IMG/VR virus record: IMGVR_UViG_2519103024_000002 | Length of the DNA stretch: 43,394 bases | Reading direction: 5' to 3' (one strand) | Origin: a virus | Taxonomy: Duplodnaviria > Heunggongvirae > Uroviricota > Caudoviricetes | Shown: positions 20,337-29,475 of the stretch, piece after piece | Numbering within the stretch: the stretch's first letter is position 1 | How the letters are laid out: each line of letters begins with the position of its first letter | Notes under the pieces: model-generated | What the model was told of the DNA's origin: nothing | Databases searched by the model: none | Seen by the model: the letters and a program-made list of their open reading frames with translations, nothing else | Translations under genes and position numbers: made by a program

Positions 20337-20699
20337 AACCTCACTNNNNNNNNNNNNNNNNNNNNNNNNNNNNNNNNNNNNNNNNNNNNNNNNNNNNNNN
20401 NNNNNNNNNNNNNNNNNNNNNNNNNNNNNNNNNNNNNNNNNNNNNNNNNNNNNNNNNNNNNNNNNNNNNNNNNNNNNNNNNNNNNNNNNNNNNNNNNNNN
20501 NNNNNNNNNNNNNNNNNNNNNNNNNNNNNNNNNNNNNNNNNNNNNNNNNNNNNNNNNNNNNNNNNNNNNNNNNNNNNNNNNNNNNNNNNNNNNNNNNNNN
20601 NNNNNNNNNNNNNNNNNNNNNNNNNNNNNNNNNNNNNNNNNNNNNNNNNNNNNNNNNNNNNNNNNNNNNNNNNNNNNNNNNNNNNNNNNNNNNNNNNNN

Positions 20700-21175
20700 G
20701 ACACCAGAACCCCACACCGGNGGAAAAACGCTTCAGGGTCGAGCGTATTATTCGCGGTGTTTTCTTCCGACCATGGAGCCAGCTCCAGCAATGCAGGAAC
20801 ATCCCTTATCGTTGGCTCAACATGAGATTTCATAAAATCTTCAGCAGCTGAGTCCGTGGGCTGAAAAAGAAGGCTGTTGCGTGATTTATGCTCAATAAAA
20901 TAAGCCTCCACTCCCAGCAACATCTTTGTATAACCAACACGGGCAGATTTAATCAGGTTAACCGTGCGAATCAGATCGTTGCCCATACAGTTCATGATGC
21001 CAACCTGAAACGGCAGTGTTTCCCATCGCCCCGGGGTATAAGACGACTCTTTAGGAAGGTAATAATGTTTATTGGCCCACTGAACTGTCGTCAGTGGAAC
21101 AGGAATAATGAGAGATAAAAGCCCTGTAGCTATCGCACCGGCTGCATTAGCTGCCTTCTGCGCGTCTGAAATCAT
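20700..21175 (-). CDS. A: terminase large subunit A, N-terminal ~150 aa only; rest (and gene W) missing in the N-run; frame break near the contig edge
   Basis: ...[78 protein letters not shown]...[18 protein letters not shown] matches lambda gpA; after APW the match continues in another frame (..KRFS.GVGFWC); n at 20721. Confidence 0.85.
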
Positions 21176-21695
21176 CGATCCACCCGCCCACGTTTTCACC
21201 GGCCTTAGCTGCAACATTGGAGGCTTTCGCGATTTCAGTTTTCACCACATCAAGGTGTGATGGTGAAATGTCCGGATATTTACGCTGTAATGTCAACGGC
21301 ACACGCACAAGTATCCCCGAAATCTCCTGTGCCACACGTTGCAGAATGAAGGTAAACAGTTCAGTTTCCAGCACTACTCCGTCTTCACGGGCATTTTTCA
21401 GTTCCTGCGCATCTGCCTGCGCTTTTGTGAGCCGGTAGCGTTCATAGTCAATGGTGCCGGGTTGTAAATCTGACTCCGCTGCCGCACGCAAATCGGCCAG
21501 TTCTTTGCGGAGCTTTTCGTTTTCGATATCAGTTTCCCTCTGCGCATACCACTGAATTGCCATGGCAGTATCAAATACAGATTCAATGCCCTTACTACCT
21601 TTGGAGGCGCAAGGGAGTCCCTGAGACTGCCAGCGTTCAATCGTCCGCGGGTCCACGTTGAAAATTTCGGCAAGCCTCTTTTTATTAACCTTCAT
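21147..21695 (-). CDS. nu1: terminase small subunit Nu1
   Basis: 182 aa, [28 protein letters not shown]...[48 protein letters not shown] lambda Nu1; first gene downstream of cos. Confidence 0.9.
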   Translation of the reverse strand: MKVNKKRLAEIFNVDPRTIERWQSQGLPCASKGSKGIESVFDTAMAIQWYAQRETDIENEKLRKELADLRAAAESDLQPGTIDYERYRLTKAQADAQELKNAREDGVVLETELFTFILQRVAQEISGILVRVPLTLQRKYPDISPSHLDVVKTEIAKASNVAAKAGENVGGWIDDFRRAEGS

Positions 21696-21779
21696 GAAAA
21701 CAACCCATTATCAAATACAAGGCCCGACATGAAAACGCCAGAAAAAGGCATTTTCGGACACTTTCATGTCGGACCTTTA

Positions 21780-21900
21780 CGGATGCAATATTAAAAAAAA
21801 CAAAAAGTTATATTCGAGAAGTACCGACACGATTTTCCCTGAAAAATTTTCATAAATAGTGAAAAACCGCGAGGTCGCCGCCCCGTAACCTGTTGGATCG
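21780..21900 (-). other. cos site (cosN cohesive-end sequence at 21872-21883, cosB toward Nu1)
   Basis: Minus strand reads GGGCGGCGACCTCGCGGTTTTTCACTATTTATGAAAATTTTTCAGG, matching the lambda cos nick region incl. the 12-nt GGGCGGCGACCT end; about 90 bp upstream of Nu1. Confidence 0.85.
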
Positions 21901-22031
21901 ACGGAAAGGACCCGAAAACGAGAATAATTATCACTTACAGCAAGAATCGAATCTGATCTATTATGGTGCTTGCTATTATGTGCCGGCACAAGTGCGTCGT
22001 TTACCGTCATTTCACACAGAGGCATCATCAA

Positions 22032-22283
22032 ATGAAAATCAGAAATATTCTCGCTATCTCCCTTGCGACATCATCCTTCAGTTGCCTGGCATTTAAATCC
22101 TCGCCCAATGTGCTACCAGGACCAACGAATCAACTAACTGCGGTAGAAAGTAAAATTATCGGACATTTTTATGCCCCACACAGTACATTACCCGGAACAA
22201 CCATCACAGGGACATGTGACGCCTCCCCCGTCCCGGGATGCACCTGTCCGTTTTGTACTATGCTGCGTAGCCAAAACCGATAA
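22032..22283 (+). CDS. hypothetical secreted Cys-rich small protein (signal peptide, 4 Cys near C-terminus)
   Basis: MKIRNILAISLATSSFSCLA|FKSS... cleavable signal peptide, then ...TCDASPVPGCTCPFCTMLRSQNR; ORF track start 21963 is upstream of the likely ATG; no family recognised. Confidence 0.5.
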   Translation: MKIRNILAISLATSSFSCLAFKSSPNVLPGPTNQLTAVESKIIGHFYAPHSTLPGTTITGTCDASPVPGCTCPFCTMLRSQNR

Positions 22284-22344
22284 CATCCGCATTTACCTGG
22301 TATTCCATGATGAGTTCACGCAGCGACTGATAGAGGAAGGAAAG

Positions 22345-22524
22345 ATGGTTAGTAAAAGCAAGGCGCATTGCCGCCGCATGCTGCAGGCATTGCAACAGAC
22401 GAGAGCAGGTATTTTTGACCAGTTGGAAAACTGCCAGCATACTTTGCCCGAGTATATCGCCATCTCATCGGAAACCAGTGCAACTCTTATTCATCGGGTT
22501 CCACCAGAGAAAAAGAAGAAATGA
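22345..22524 (+). CDS. hypothetical small protein (59 aa)
   Basis: ATG at 22345 preceded by GAGGAAGGAAAG; MVSKSKAHCRRMLQALQQTRAGIFDQLENCQH...; followed by a strong hairpin. Confidence 0.4.
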   Translation: MVSKSKAHCRRMLQALQQTRAGIFDQLENCQHTLPEYIAISSETSATLIHRVPPEKKKK

Positions 22525-22530
22525 ACAGTG

Positions 22531-22555
22531 AGGCGTTGTGTGGCATACAACGCCT
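22531..22555. terminator. bidirectional terminator hairpin between convergent genes
   Basis: AGGCGTTGT-GTGGCAT-ACAACGCCT (9-bp perfect stem) with A-rich 5' flank and T-rich 3' flank; between the small ORF stop (22524) and lipoprotein stop (22647). Confidence 0.65.
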
Positions 22556-22646
22556 TCTTCCATCATTCCTCGTCAGCCATGACAAAAATATAACCGCTGG
22601 CTCTTTCATTTTTCTCCTGCTTCCAGCCCCTCTCTACCTGGAAGCA

Positions 22647-22973
22647 TCAAGGACGTGACGGCGTAAAGATAAATTGTCTCTTCACTCCCTGACAGGGGCG
22701 ATTCTTTTCAAATCGCCATTTCGCCATGGCCTTCACCACTTCATCACGAAACAAATTATGAGGCTCTGAGCGGAGAAAAACGATCCGTGTCACAGTCCCA
22801 TCAGCACCAATATCGAACTTAACCTCAACCAGCCCCTTGATATAATTTGCTGCAGCATATTCCGGATATCGTGGATACACCGTCACTAATTGCCGGGGCT
22901 CATCAGCTTTTTGCTGCGAGCATCCCACTGCCAGGACAGATAACAGAAAAAGTAGTAAAAGGCGTCTTTTCAT
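22647..22973 (-). CDS. hypothetical lipoprotein with TonB C-terminal-like domain
   Basis: From internal ATG: MKRRLLLLFLLSVLAVGCSQ (lipobox LAVGC) followed by ...YPRYPEYAAANYIKGLVEVKFDIGADGTVTRIVFLRSEPHNLFRDEVVKAMAKWRF..., reminiscent of the TonB C-terminal fold; domain call is from pattern memory only. Confidence 0.5.
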   Translation of the reverse strand: MKRRLLLLFLLSVLAVGCSQQKADEPRQLVTVYPRYPEYAAANYIKGLVEVKFDIGADGTVTRIVFLRSEPHNLFRDEVVKAMAKWRFEKNRPCQGVKRQFIFTPSRP

Positions 22974-23281
22974 TTTTATTCCTACGGGTCTTATTCTGAC
23001 AATATATCCTGTGTTCCAGACTGCCACATCACCACATCCTGTGCCATTATCTGACTCACATTACATACATCGCATCGGGATACAGTAGTAGCACTTTCTG
23101 TAATACAGCTTCCTGTTTCTTCCACCATCGCACCGGGATAAACCCGCGAATCATTAACGCGGTAAAAACCCGGTGTGCATCGTTTTAATTATTCCCGCAC
23201 ACTCACGCAGAAGGAATTCCCCGTCGGGCTACGGTCATGGTTAATGCGGGAATACGGCGACGATACAGCGCAGCTAAAAGG

Positions 23282-23286
23282 GTAAT
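23282..23286. repeat. IS2 target-site duplication (left copy, GTAAT)
   Basis: GTAAT immediately outside the IS2 left end; identical pentamer at 24981-24985. Confidence 0.8.
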
Positions 23287-23377
23287 TAGACTGGCCCCCT
23301 GAATCTCCAGACAACCAATATCACTTATTTAAGTGATAGTCTTAATACTAGTTTTTAGACTAGTCATTGGAGAGCAG

Positions 23378-23717
23378 ATGATTGATGTCTTAGGACCGGA
23401 GAAACGCAGACGGCGTACCACACAGGAAAAGATCGCAATTGTTCAGCAGAGCTTTGAACCAGGGATGACGGTCTCCCTCGTTGCCCGGCAACACGGTGTG
23501 GCAGCCAGCCAGTTATTTCTCTGGCGTAAGCAATACCAGGAAGGAAGTCTTACTGCTGTCGCCGCCGGAGAACAGGTTGTTCCTGCCTCTGAACTTGCTG
23601 CCGCCATGAAGCAGATTAAAGAACTCCAGCGCCTGCTCGGCAAGAAAACGATGGAAAATGAACTCCTCAAAGAAGCCGTTGAATATGGACGGGCAAAAAA
23701 GTGGATAGCGACGACGC
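23378..23717 (+). CDS. insC: IS2 transposase OrfA (InsC), 3' end in N-run
   Basis: [56 protein letters not shown]... matches IS2 InsC as remembered. Confidence 0.9.
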
Positions 23718-24619
23718 NNNNNNNNNNNNNNNNNNNNNNNNNNNNNNNNNNNNNNNNNNNNNNNNNNNNNNNNNNNNNNNNNNNNNNNNNNNNNNNNNNN
23801 NNNNNNNNNNNNNNNNNNNNNNNNNNNNNNNNNNNNNNNNNNNNNNNNNNNNNNNNNNNNNNNNNNNNNNNNNNNNNNNNNNNNNNNNNNNNNNNNNNNN
23901 NNNNNNNNNNNNNNNNNNNNNNNNNNNNNNNNNNNNNNNNNNNNNNNNNNNNNNNNNNNNNNNNNNNNNNNNNNNNNNNNNNNNNNNNNNNNNNNNNNNN
24001 NNNNNNNNNNNNNNNNNNNNNNNNNNNNNNNNNNNNNNNNNNNNNNNNNNNNNNNNNNNNNNNNNNNNNNNNNNNNNNNNNNNNNNNNNNNNNNNNNNNN
24101 NNNNNNNNNNNNNNNNNNNNNNNNNNNNNNNNNNNNNNNNNNNNNNNNNNNNNNNNNNNNNNNNNNNNNNNNNNNNNNNNNNNNNNNNNNNNNNNNNNNN
24201 NNNNNNNNNNNNNNNNNNNNNNNNNNNNNNNNNNNNNNNNNNNNNNNNNNNNNNNNNNNNNNNNNNNNNNNNNNNNNNNNNNNNNNNNNNNNNNNNNNNN
24301 NNNNNNNNNNNNNNNNNNNNNNNNNNNNNNNNNNNNNNNNNNNNNNNNNNNNNNNNNNNNNNNNNNNNNNNNNNNNNNNNNNNNNNNNNNNNNNNNNNNN
24401 NNNNNNNNNNNNNNNNNNNNNNNNNNNNNNNNNNNNNNNNNNNNNNNNNNNNNNNNNNNNNNNNNNNNNNNNNNNNNNNNNNNNNNNNNNNNNNNNNNNN
24501 NNNNNNNNNNNNNNNNNNNNNNNNNNNNNNNNNNNNNNNNNNNNNNNNNNNNNNNNNNNNNNNNNNNNNNNNNNNNNNNNNNNNNNNNNNNNNNNNNNNN
24601 NNNNNNNNNNNNNNNNNNN

Positions 24620-24969
24620 ACGAGCTTCCGGCGTCTCCAGTAGAGTGGCTGACGGATAATGGTTCATGCTACCGGGCTAATGAAACACGGCAGTTTGCCC
24701 GGATGTTGGGGCTTGAACCGAAGAGCACGGCGGTGCGGAGTCCGGAGAGTAACGGCATAGCAGAGAGCTTCGTGAAAACGATAAAGCGTGACTACATCAG
24801 TGTCATGCCCAAACCAGACGGGTTAACGGCAGCAAAGAACCTTGCAGAGGCGTTCGAGCATTATAACGAATGGCATCCGCATAGTGCACTGGGTTATCGC
24901 TCGCCACGGGAATATCTGCGGCAGCAAGCCAGTAATGGGTTAAGTGATAACAGGTGTCTGGAAATATAG
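24620..24969 (+). CDS. insD: IS2 transposase OrfB (InsD), C-terminal fragment after N-run
   Basis: ...[59 protein letters not shown]...[12 protein letters not shown]... (DDE transposase C-terminus). Confidence 0.85.
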
Positions 24970-24980
24970 GGGCAAATCCA

Positions 24981-24985
24981 GTAAT
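24981..24985. repeat. IS2 target-site duplication (right copy, GTAAT)
   Basis: GTAAT immediately outside the IS2 right end; matches 23282-23286. Confidence 0.8.
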
Positions 24986-25151
24986 GGACGGATAGACCGG
25001 TTTATTTCATTCCACAGGATTCTGAGTGTCCCCAACTTCCTCCAATAGTCTGAGCCCACCTGTGTAGTTTTAATTTTCATCAATCCATTTAACTATCGTT
25101 TAATTGTTGTCACATAGGATTCTGCCGTTTTTAACAATGCAGGATAATAAG

Positions 25152-25445
25152 ATGAAAAAAATGTTGTTTTCTGCCGCTCTGGCAATGCTTATTACAGGAT
25201 GTGCTCAACAGACGTTTACTGTTGGAAACAAACCTACAGCAGTAACACCAAAGGAAACCATCACCCATCATTTCTTCGTTTCGGGAATTGGGCAGAAGAA
25301 AACTGTCGATGCAGCAAAAATTTGTGGTGGTGCAGAAAATGTTGTTAAAACAGAAACCCAGCAAACATTCGTAAATGGATTGCTCGGTTTTATTACTTTA
25401 GGCATTTATACTCCGCTGGAAGCGCGTGTGTATTGCTCACAATAA
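25152..25445 (+). CDS. bor: Bor outer-membrane lipoprotein (serum-resistance lysogenic conversion protein)
   Basis: MKKMLFSAALAMLITGCAQQTFTVGNKPTAVTPKETITHHFFVSGIGQKKTVDAAKICGG... = lambda Bor; opposite strand to the lysis genes, as in lambda. Confidence 0.9.
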   Translation: MKKMLFSAALAMLITGCAQQTFTVGNKPTAVTPKETITHHFFVSGIGQKKTVDAAKICGGAENVVKTETQQTFVNGLLGFITLGIYTPLEARVYCSQ

Positions 25446-25476
25446 TTGCATGAGTTGCCCATCGATATGGGCAGCT

Positions 25477-25938
25477 CTATCTGCACTGCTCATTAATATA
25501 CTTCTGGGTTCCTTCCAGTTGTTTTTGCATAGTGATCAGCCTCTCTCTGAGGGTGAAATAATCCCGTTCAGCGGTGTCTGCCAGTCGGGGGGAGGCTGCA
25601 TTATCCACGCCGGAGGCGGTGGTGGCTTCACGCACTGACTGACAGACTGCTTTGATGTGCAACCGACGACGACCAGCGGCAACATCATCACGCAGAGCAT
25701 CATTTTCAGCTTTCGCATCAGCTAACTCCTTCGTGTATTTTGCATCGAGCGCAGCAACATCACGCTGACGCATCTGTATGTCAGTAATTACCGCGTTCGC
25801 CAGCGTCAGTTCTCTGGCATTTTTGTCGCGCTGGGCTTTGTAGGTAATGGCGTTATCACGGTAATGATTAACAGCCCATGACAGGCAGACGATGATGCAG
25901 ATAACCAGAGCGGAGATAATCGCGGTTACTCTGTTCAT
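25477..25938 (-). CDS. Rz: spanin inner-membrane subunit Rz
   Basis: [49 protein letters not shown]... lambda Rz. Confidence 0.9.
   Translation of the reverse strand: MNRVTAIISALVICIIVCLSWAVNHYRDNAITYKAQRDKNARELTLANAVITDIQMRQRDVAALDAKYTKELADAKAENDALRDDVAAGRRRLHIKAVCQSVREATTASGVDNAASPRLADTAERDYFTLRERLITMQKQLEGTQKYINEQCR
25536..25718 (-). CDS. Rz1: spanin outer-membrane lipoprotein subunit Rz1 (embedded in +1 frame of Rz)
   Basis: 60 aa [60 protein letters not shown]; lipobox VVGC and proline-rich region; wholly inside Rz. Confidence 0.9.
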   Translation of the reverse strand: MRKLKMMLCVMMLPLVVVGCTSKQSVSQCVKPPPPPAWIMQPPPDWQTPLNGIISPSERG

Positions 25939-26432
25939 TGCTGACCCCACAAACAGATTTCACGCTCAATCTCACGACGAGTCATGAGACCTTTCCATTG
26001 CTTACCGCCAGCATATGTCCAGCGACGTAGCTGATCACATGCGCCTTTGATATCGCCCTGGTTTATTTTGCGAAGAAGCGTCGATGTTCTGAAATTGCCA
26101 GCACCCACGTTGTAAACGAATGAGTAAAGAGCGCCGCGCATTGTTTCCGGTATATCGACTTTGATGTACGGGTTAATTTGTCTGGCGACCGTGGCAAGGT
26201 CTTTATTCAGGAGGGCTTTGCATTCTGCTTTGGTATACGTTTTACCGAGCATGATGTCTTTTCCTGTATGCCCGTGACATACAGTCCATACACCAACAAT
26301 ATCTTTGTATGGTATGTAGCTGACACCTTCCAGACCATCGTTACCACTTGGGCCAGTGATTAACACTGATGCTATAGCAATTGCTCCGCCACCAATAGCA
26401 GCAGCAACGGCTTTTCGTAATGATGGAGGCAT
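25935..26432 (-). CDS. R: SAR endolysin R (phage-21-type lysozyme with N-terminal signal-anchor-release domain)
   Basis: 165 aa; N-terminal weakly hydrophobic Gly/Ala-rich segment [20 protein letters not shown] followed by a lysozyme-like body; start overlaps the S stop (TAATG). Confidence 0.85.
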   Translation of the reverse strand: MPPSLRKAVAAAIGGGAIAIASVLITGPSGNDGLEGVSYIPYKDIVGVWTVCHGHTGKDIMLGKTYTKAECKALLNKDLATVARQINPYIKVDIPETMRGALYSFVYNVGAGNFRTSTLLRKINQGDIKGACDQLRRWTYAGGKQWKGLMTRREIEREICLWGQQ

Positions 26433-26647
26433 TATTCACCTCTCGCAGCCTTGCGCTTATCTTCTTTAATCTTGAAATAAAGGTTTGTCAGGTACGTCAG
26501 CAGGCCAAATACCAGGCTACCCAGCACACCTATTGCCGCCCACTGTGAGGGCGTGACTTTATCGAGCAACTGTAAAAACCAGTACCCGGCACTACCTGCT
26601 GAGGTACCATAGGCGACACCCGTTGTTAACTTATCCATGGATTTCAT
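26432..26647 (-). CDS. S: pinholin S (phage-21 S-like, dual-start motif, two TMDs)
   Basis: 71 aa [71 protein letters not shown] resembles S21 pinholin; M1-K-S-M4 dual start. Confidence 0.85.
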
Positions 26648-27235
26648 AACCCCACCTCGCAGACAAAGCGGGTGTAAATTAAGGGGATACTACGTATCGC
26701 AATAAAGGCAGAAACGTAACAGATTCGGAGTCAGTGAATAACTCAGGTATTGGGTTATCAGCTAATATCGAGACTCAAAAAATGGAAAAACCCGCTCGAC
26801 GGCGGGTTTAAGCTGTGTGACGAAGTAACCACTCTTAACAGCATAACCAATTTTTTACGTACGTAAACTACTAAATGATATTTGTGAGAATGCCACCGAG
26901 TGTTCAAAACACCACCACAAATGCATAAGAAAACTTCAACAAATAACCAGTTAATAATTTCCAATGTTATTTTTAGTTTGTTTAAATTAAGCTAAAGAAT
27001 TATAGAGCACTTATAAATAAGTGCCATTAATATAAATTAGCTAATAGATTTATTTTTGTTCAGACAAGAGCCATGAATAGGATTAGATAGAAAAGGTTCA
27101 GATAAAAATAGAGATCTACTTCACAAATTAAATGAGAAACTAAAACTTACATCTTGAAATAATCACATTGATTAGATGAATATTTATCGCGCAGTGACAT
27201 CATTTTTTAATAATAGTTCAAAAAAAGGGCGTACA

Positions 27236-28318
27236 ATGAAAAAATTAACAGTGGCAATTTCTGCTGTAGCTGCATCAGTACTGATGGCGATGTCTGCTCA
27301 GGCAGCTGAAATTTATAATAAAGACAGTAACAAGCTGGATCTATACGGGAAAGTTAATGCCAAGCACTACTTCTCCTCTAATGATGCAGATGATGGTGAT
27401 ACTACTTATGCCCGTCTTGGCTTCAAAGGTGAAACCCAAATCAACGATCAACTGACTGGTTTCGGTCAGTGGGAATATGAATTCAAAGGCAACCGTGCTG
27501 AATCTCAAGGTTCTTCCAAAGACAAAACCCGTCTTGCATTTGCAGGCCTGAAATTTGGTGATTACGGCTCAATCGATTACGGCCGTAACTACGGTGTAGC
27601 ATACGACATCGGTGCGTGGACTGACGTTCTGCCAGAATTCGGTGGTGATACCTGGACCCAAACAGATGTGTTCATGACTGGTCGCACTACTGGTGTTGCA
27701 ACTTATCGTAACAACGACTTCTTTGGTCTGGTCGATGGCCTGAACTTTGCTGCTCAGTATCAGGGTAAAAATGACCGCACTGACGTAACTGAAGCCAATG
27801 GTGATGGTTTCGGTTTCTCCACTACTTATGAGTATGAAGGATTCGGCGTGGGTGCAACCTATGCTAAATCAGATCGCACTGACGGTCAGGTCGCCTATGG
27901 TAAGAGCAAATTCAATGCCTCCGGCAAAAATGCGGAAGTATGGGCTGCAGGCCTGAAATATGATGCGAACAATATCTATCTGGCTACCACATATTCTGAA
28001 ACTCAGAATATGACCGTTTTTGGTAATAACCATATTGCAAACAAAGCACAAAACTTTGAAGCAGTAGCACAATATCAGTTTGACTTCGGTCTGCGTCCAT
28101 CTGTTGCTTACCTTCAGTCAAAAGGTAAAGACCTTGGTGTTCATGGTGACCGAGACTTAGTCAAGTATGTCGATGTCGGTGCTACTTACTACTTTAATAA
28201 AAACATGTCCACTTTTGTTGATTACAAAATCAACTTAATTGACGATAGTAAGTTTACCAAAACAGCTGGTATTGATACCGACGACATCGTCGCTGTAGGT
28301 CTGGTTTATCAGTTCTAA
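27236..28318 (+). CDS. nmpC: OmpC-family general porin (NmpC / phage Lc-like), prophage lysogenic-conversion gene
   Basis: Signal peptide [23 protein letters not shown], then [24 protein letters not shown]... ending ...VGLVYQF (beta-barrel C-terminal Phe); between Q and S on the opposite strand, as nmpC in DLP12. Confidence 0.85.
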   Translation: MKKLTVAISAVAASVLMAMSAQAAEIYNKDSNKLDLYGKVNAKHYFSSNDADDGDTTYARLGFKGETQINDQLTGFGQWEYEFKGNRAESQGSSKDKTRLAFAGLKFGDYGSIDYGRNYGVAYDIGAWTDVLPEFGGDTWTQTDVFMTGRTTGVATYRNNDFFGLVDGLNFAAQYQGKNDRTDVTEANGDGFGFSTTYEYEGFGVGATYAKSDRTDGQVAYGKSKFNASGKNAEVWAAGLKYDANNIYLATTYSETQNMTVFGNNHIANKAQNFEAVAQYQFDFGLRPSVAYLQSKGKDLGVHGDRDLVKYVDVGATYYFNKNMSTFVDYKINLIDDSKFTKTAGIDTDDIVAVGLVYQF

Positions 28319-28328
28319 TCTGACTTAC

Positions 28329-28365
28329 GAAAAAGATATGTTGCGGGAGGCTTTGCCTCCGCAAC
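28329..28365 (-). terminator. hairpin with U-tract on the late strand (tR'-like), also just 3' of the porin gene
   Basis: GTTGCGGGAGG-CTTTG-CCTCCGCAAC stem-loop; on the minus strand it is followed by ATATCTTTTTCG; downstream of Q in the late direction. Confidence 0.5.
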
Positions 28366-28455
28366 ATATAAGTGGAGCCCTCAAGCCACTTCCTTTAGAA
28401 GCACTACCTTGCTTCTTACTATATAAACCTTCTGTTATATATTACCCTTTATTTT

Positions 28456-28481
28456 GGGGGCGTTTCCACGCCCCATTTTTA
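28456..28481 (+). terminator. intrinsic terminator hairpin downstream of the porin gene
   Basis: GGGGCG-TTTCCA-CGCCCC followed by ATTTTTAAT on the plus strand. Confidence 0.5.
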
Positions 28482-28506
28482 ATAACTTTTAGTAAACAAT
28501 TGCATA

Positions 28507-28905
28507 TCAATTAGAATTATTAGCAACGATATCCATATCTAACCGGATATCTAATGCCATTAACATCCCTTCAATTATGCCCTCAGCCTTCTGTAACCTT
28601 TTCCCGATATAACCATCCGAGCAGCAATGCTTACTTGCCAGTGACATGAATGTCATACCACATACATAATAATCTACTAATAAATCGTGTAAATCGCTGT
28701 TGTTCTTTTTCAGACGGGCCATGCACCCGCAAATGATCATCGCGTCATCGTCACAACATTGCGGGCGAGATTTTACTTTTGAAGGAATTAATCCCTTAAA
28801 ACCGGCGGCAATGGACGACCAGGTCACATCTTCATGATTATTAGCCGCCCACGCACCCCAACGCTCAAGAACCATCTGAATATCACGCATCAACTTACTC
28901 CACAA
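28507..28905 (-). CDS. Q: late-gene antiterminator Q (phage 82 / DLP12 QuuD type)
   Basis: 132 aa ...[60 protein letters not shown]... resembles QuuD/Q82-type; upstream of the lysis cassette. Confidence 0.85.
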   Translation of the reverse strand: MWSKLMRDIQMVLERWGAWAANNHEDVTWSSIAAGFKGLIPSKVKSRPQCCDDDAMIICGCMARLKKNNSDLHDLLVDYYVCGMTFMSLASKHCCSDGYIGKRLQKAEGIIEGMLMALDIRLDMDIVANNSN

Positions 28906-28972
28906 AAATCAGACCAGAACGCCAATTACAAGCAAAAATCAACAAAACAGTATTAGTTGATTGTTATCTCTG

Positions 28973-29113
28973 ACTTCATACTCCTGTTCCTGTCAGGGTT
29001 TTGGCGTAATTCTTCAGTATTCGGTAATCGGTCAAAACAGAACCGAGGAAACGATATAAGCGCAGACGCCCCCAGCGGTGGCGAAGAAGTTCTGCCATAT
29101 TAAACTCAAACAT
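28973..29113 (-). CDS. ylcG: small protein YlcG-like (46 aa)
   Basis: ATG at 29113 overlapping the rusA stop (ATGA); [45 protein letters not shown]; below the ORF-track cut-off, found by manual translation. Confidence 0.6.
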
Positions 29114-29475
29114 CATTCATTCCCCATTTCGGTGATGGTCAGTTCCAGCCTCCCACCTTTGGTAACAGGCATCTTCACAACGCGGTAATCAACGACCTGA
29201 GCATCATCCAGCCAGAAACCTGCTTTAGTGAGTGCGTCAAAAGCGGCTTTTTGCAGATTATCCAGGTCACGGCGACGGCGATCCGGCATGTGGCACTCAA
29301 TGCGGATTTTCACAGGCATAGCCAGGCCGATATCCAGCATTGCGTTTTTAATGATTCGGGCGACGTTATCGCGGTATGCCTGCCCCTCTGCGCTGACGTG
29401 CGTGCGCCCGCGATTATGGCGGTAATAGCGATTATTGCTCGGAGGCCAGGGTAATGTGATGCTGTAGGTATTCAC
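29113..29475 (-). CDS. rusA: Holliday junction resolvase RusA
   Basis: 120 aa [83 protein letters not shown]... = E. coli RusA as remembered; GTG start. Confidence 0.9.
   Translation of the reverse strand: MNTYSITLPWPPSNNRYYRHNRGRTHVSAEGQAYRDNVARIIKNAMLDIGLAMPVKIRIECHMPDRRRRDLDNLQKAAFDALTKAGFWLDDAQVVDYRVVKMPVTKGGRLELTITEMGNE

Larger units (their letters stand above)
23287..24980 (+). mobile_element. IS2 insertion sequence (IS3 family), internal part replaced by an N-run
   Basis: Left end TAGACTGGCCCCCTGAATCTCCAGACAACCAATATCACTTA; right end ...CAGGTGTCTGGAAATATAGGGGCAAATCCA; InsC N-terminus and InsD C-terminus present; flanked by a 5-bp direct repeat. Confidence 0.9.

Noticed and set aside
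23513-24969. ORFs 23513-24667 (minus) and 23701-24969 (plus) across the IS2 N-run
   Set aside because: Only the flanking known parts are meaningful (InsC N-terminus, InsD C-terminus); the rest is gap.
25454-25471. Hairpin TGCCCATCGATATGGGCA between bor and Rz as a terminator
   Set aside because: Short stem and no U-rich tract on either strand; may simply be a palindrome (it contains a ClaI-like ATCGAT core).
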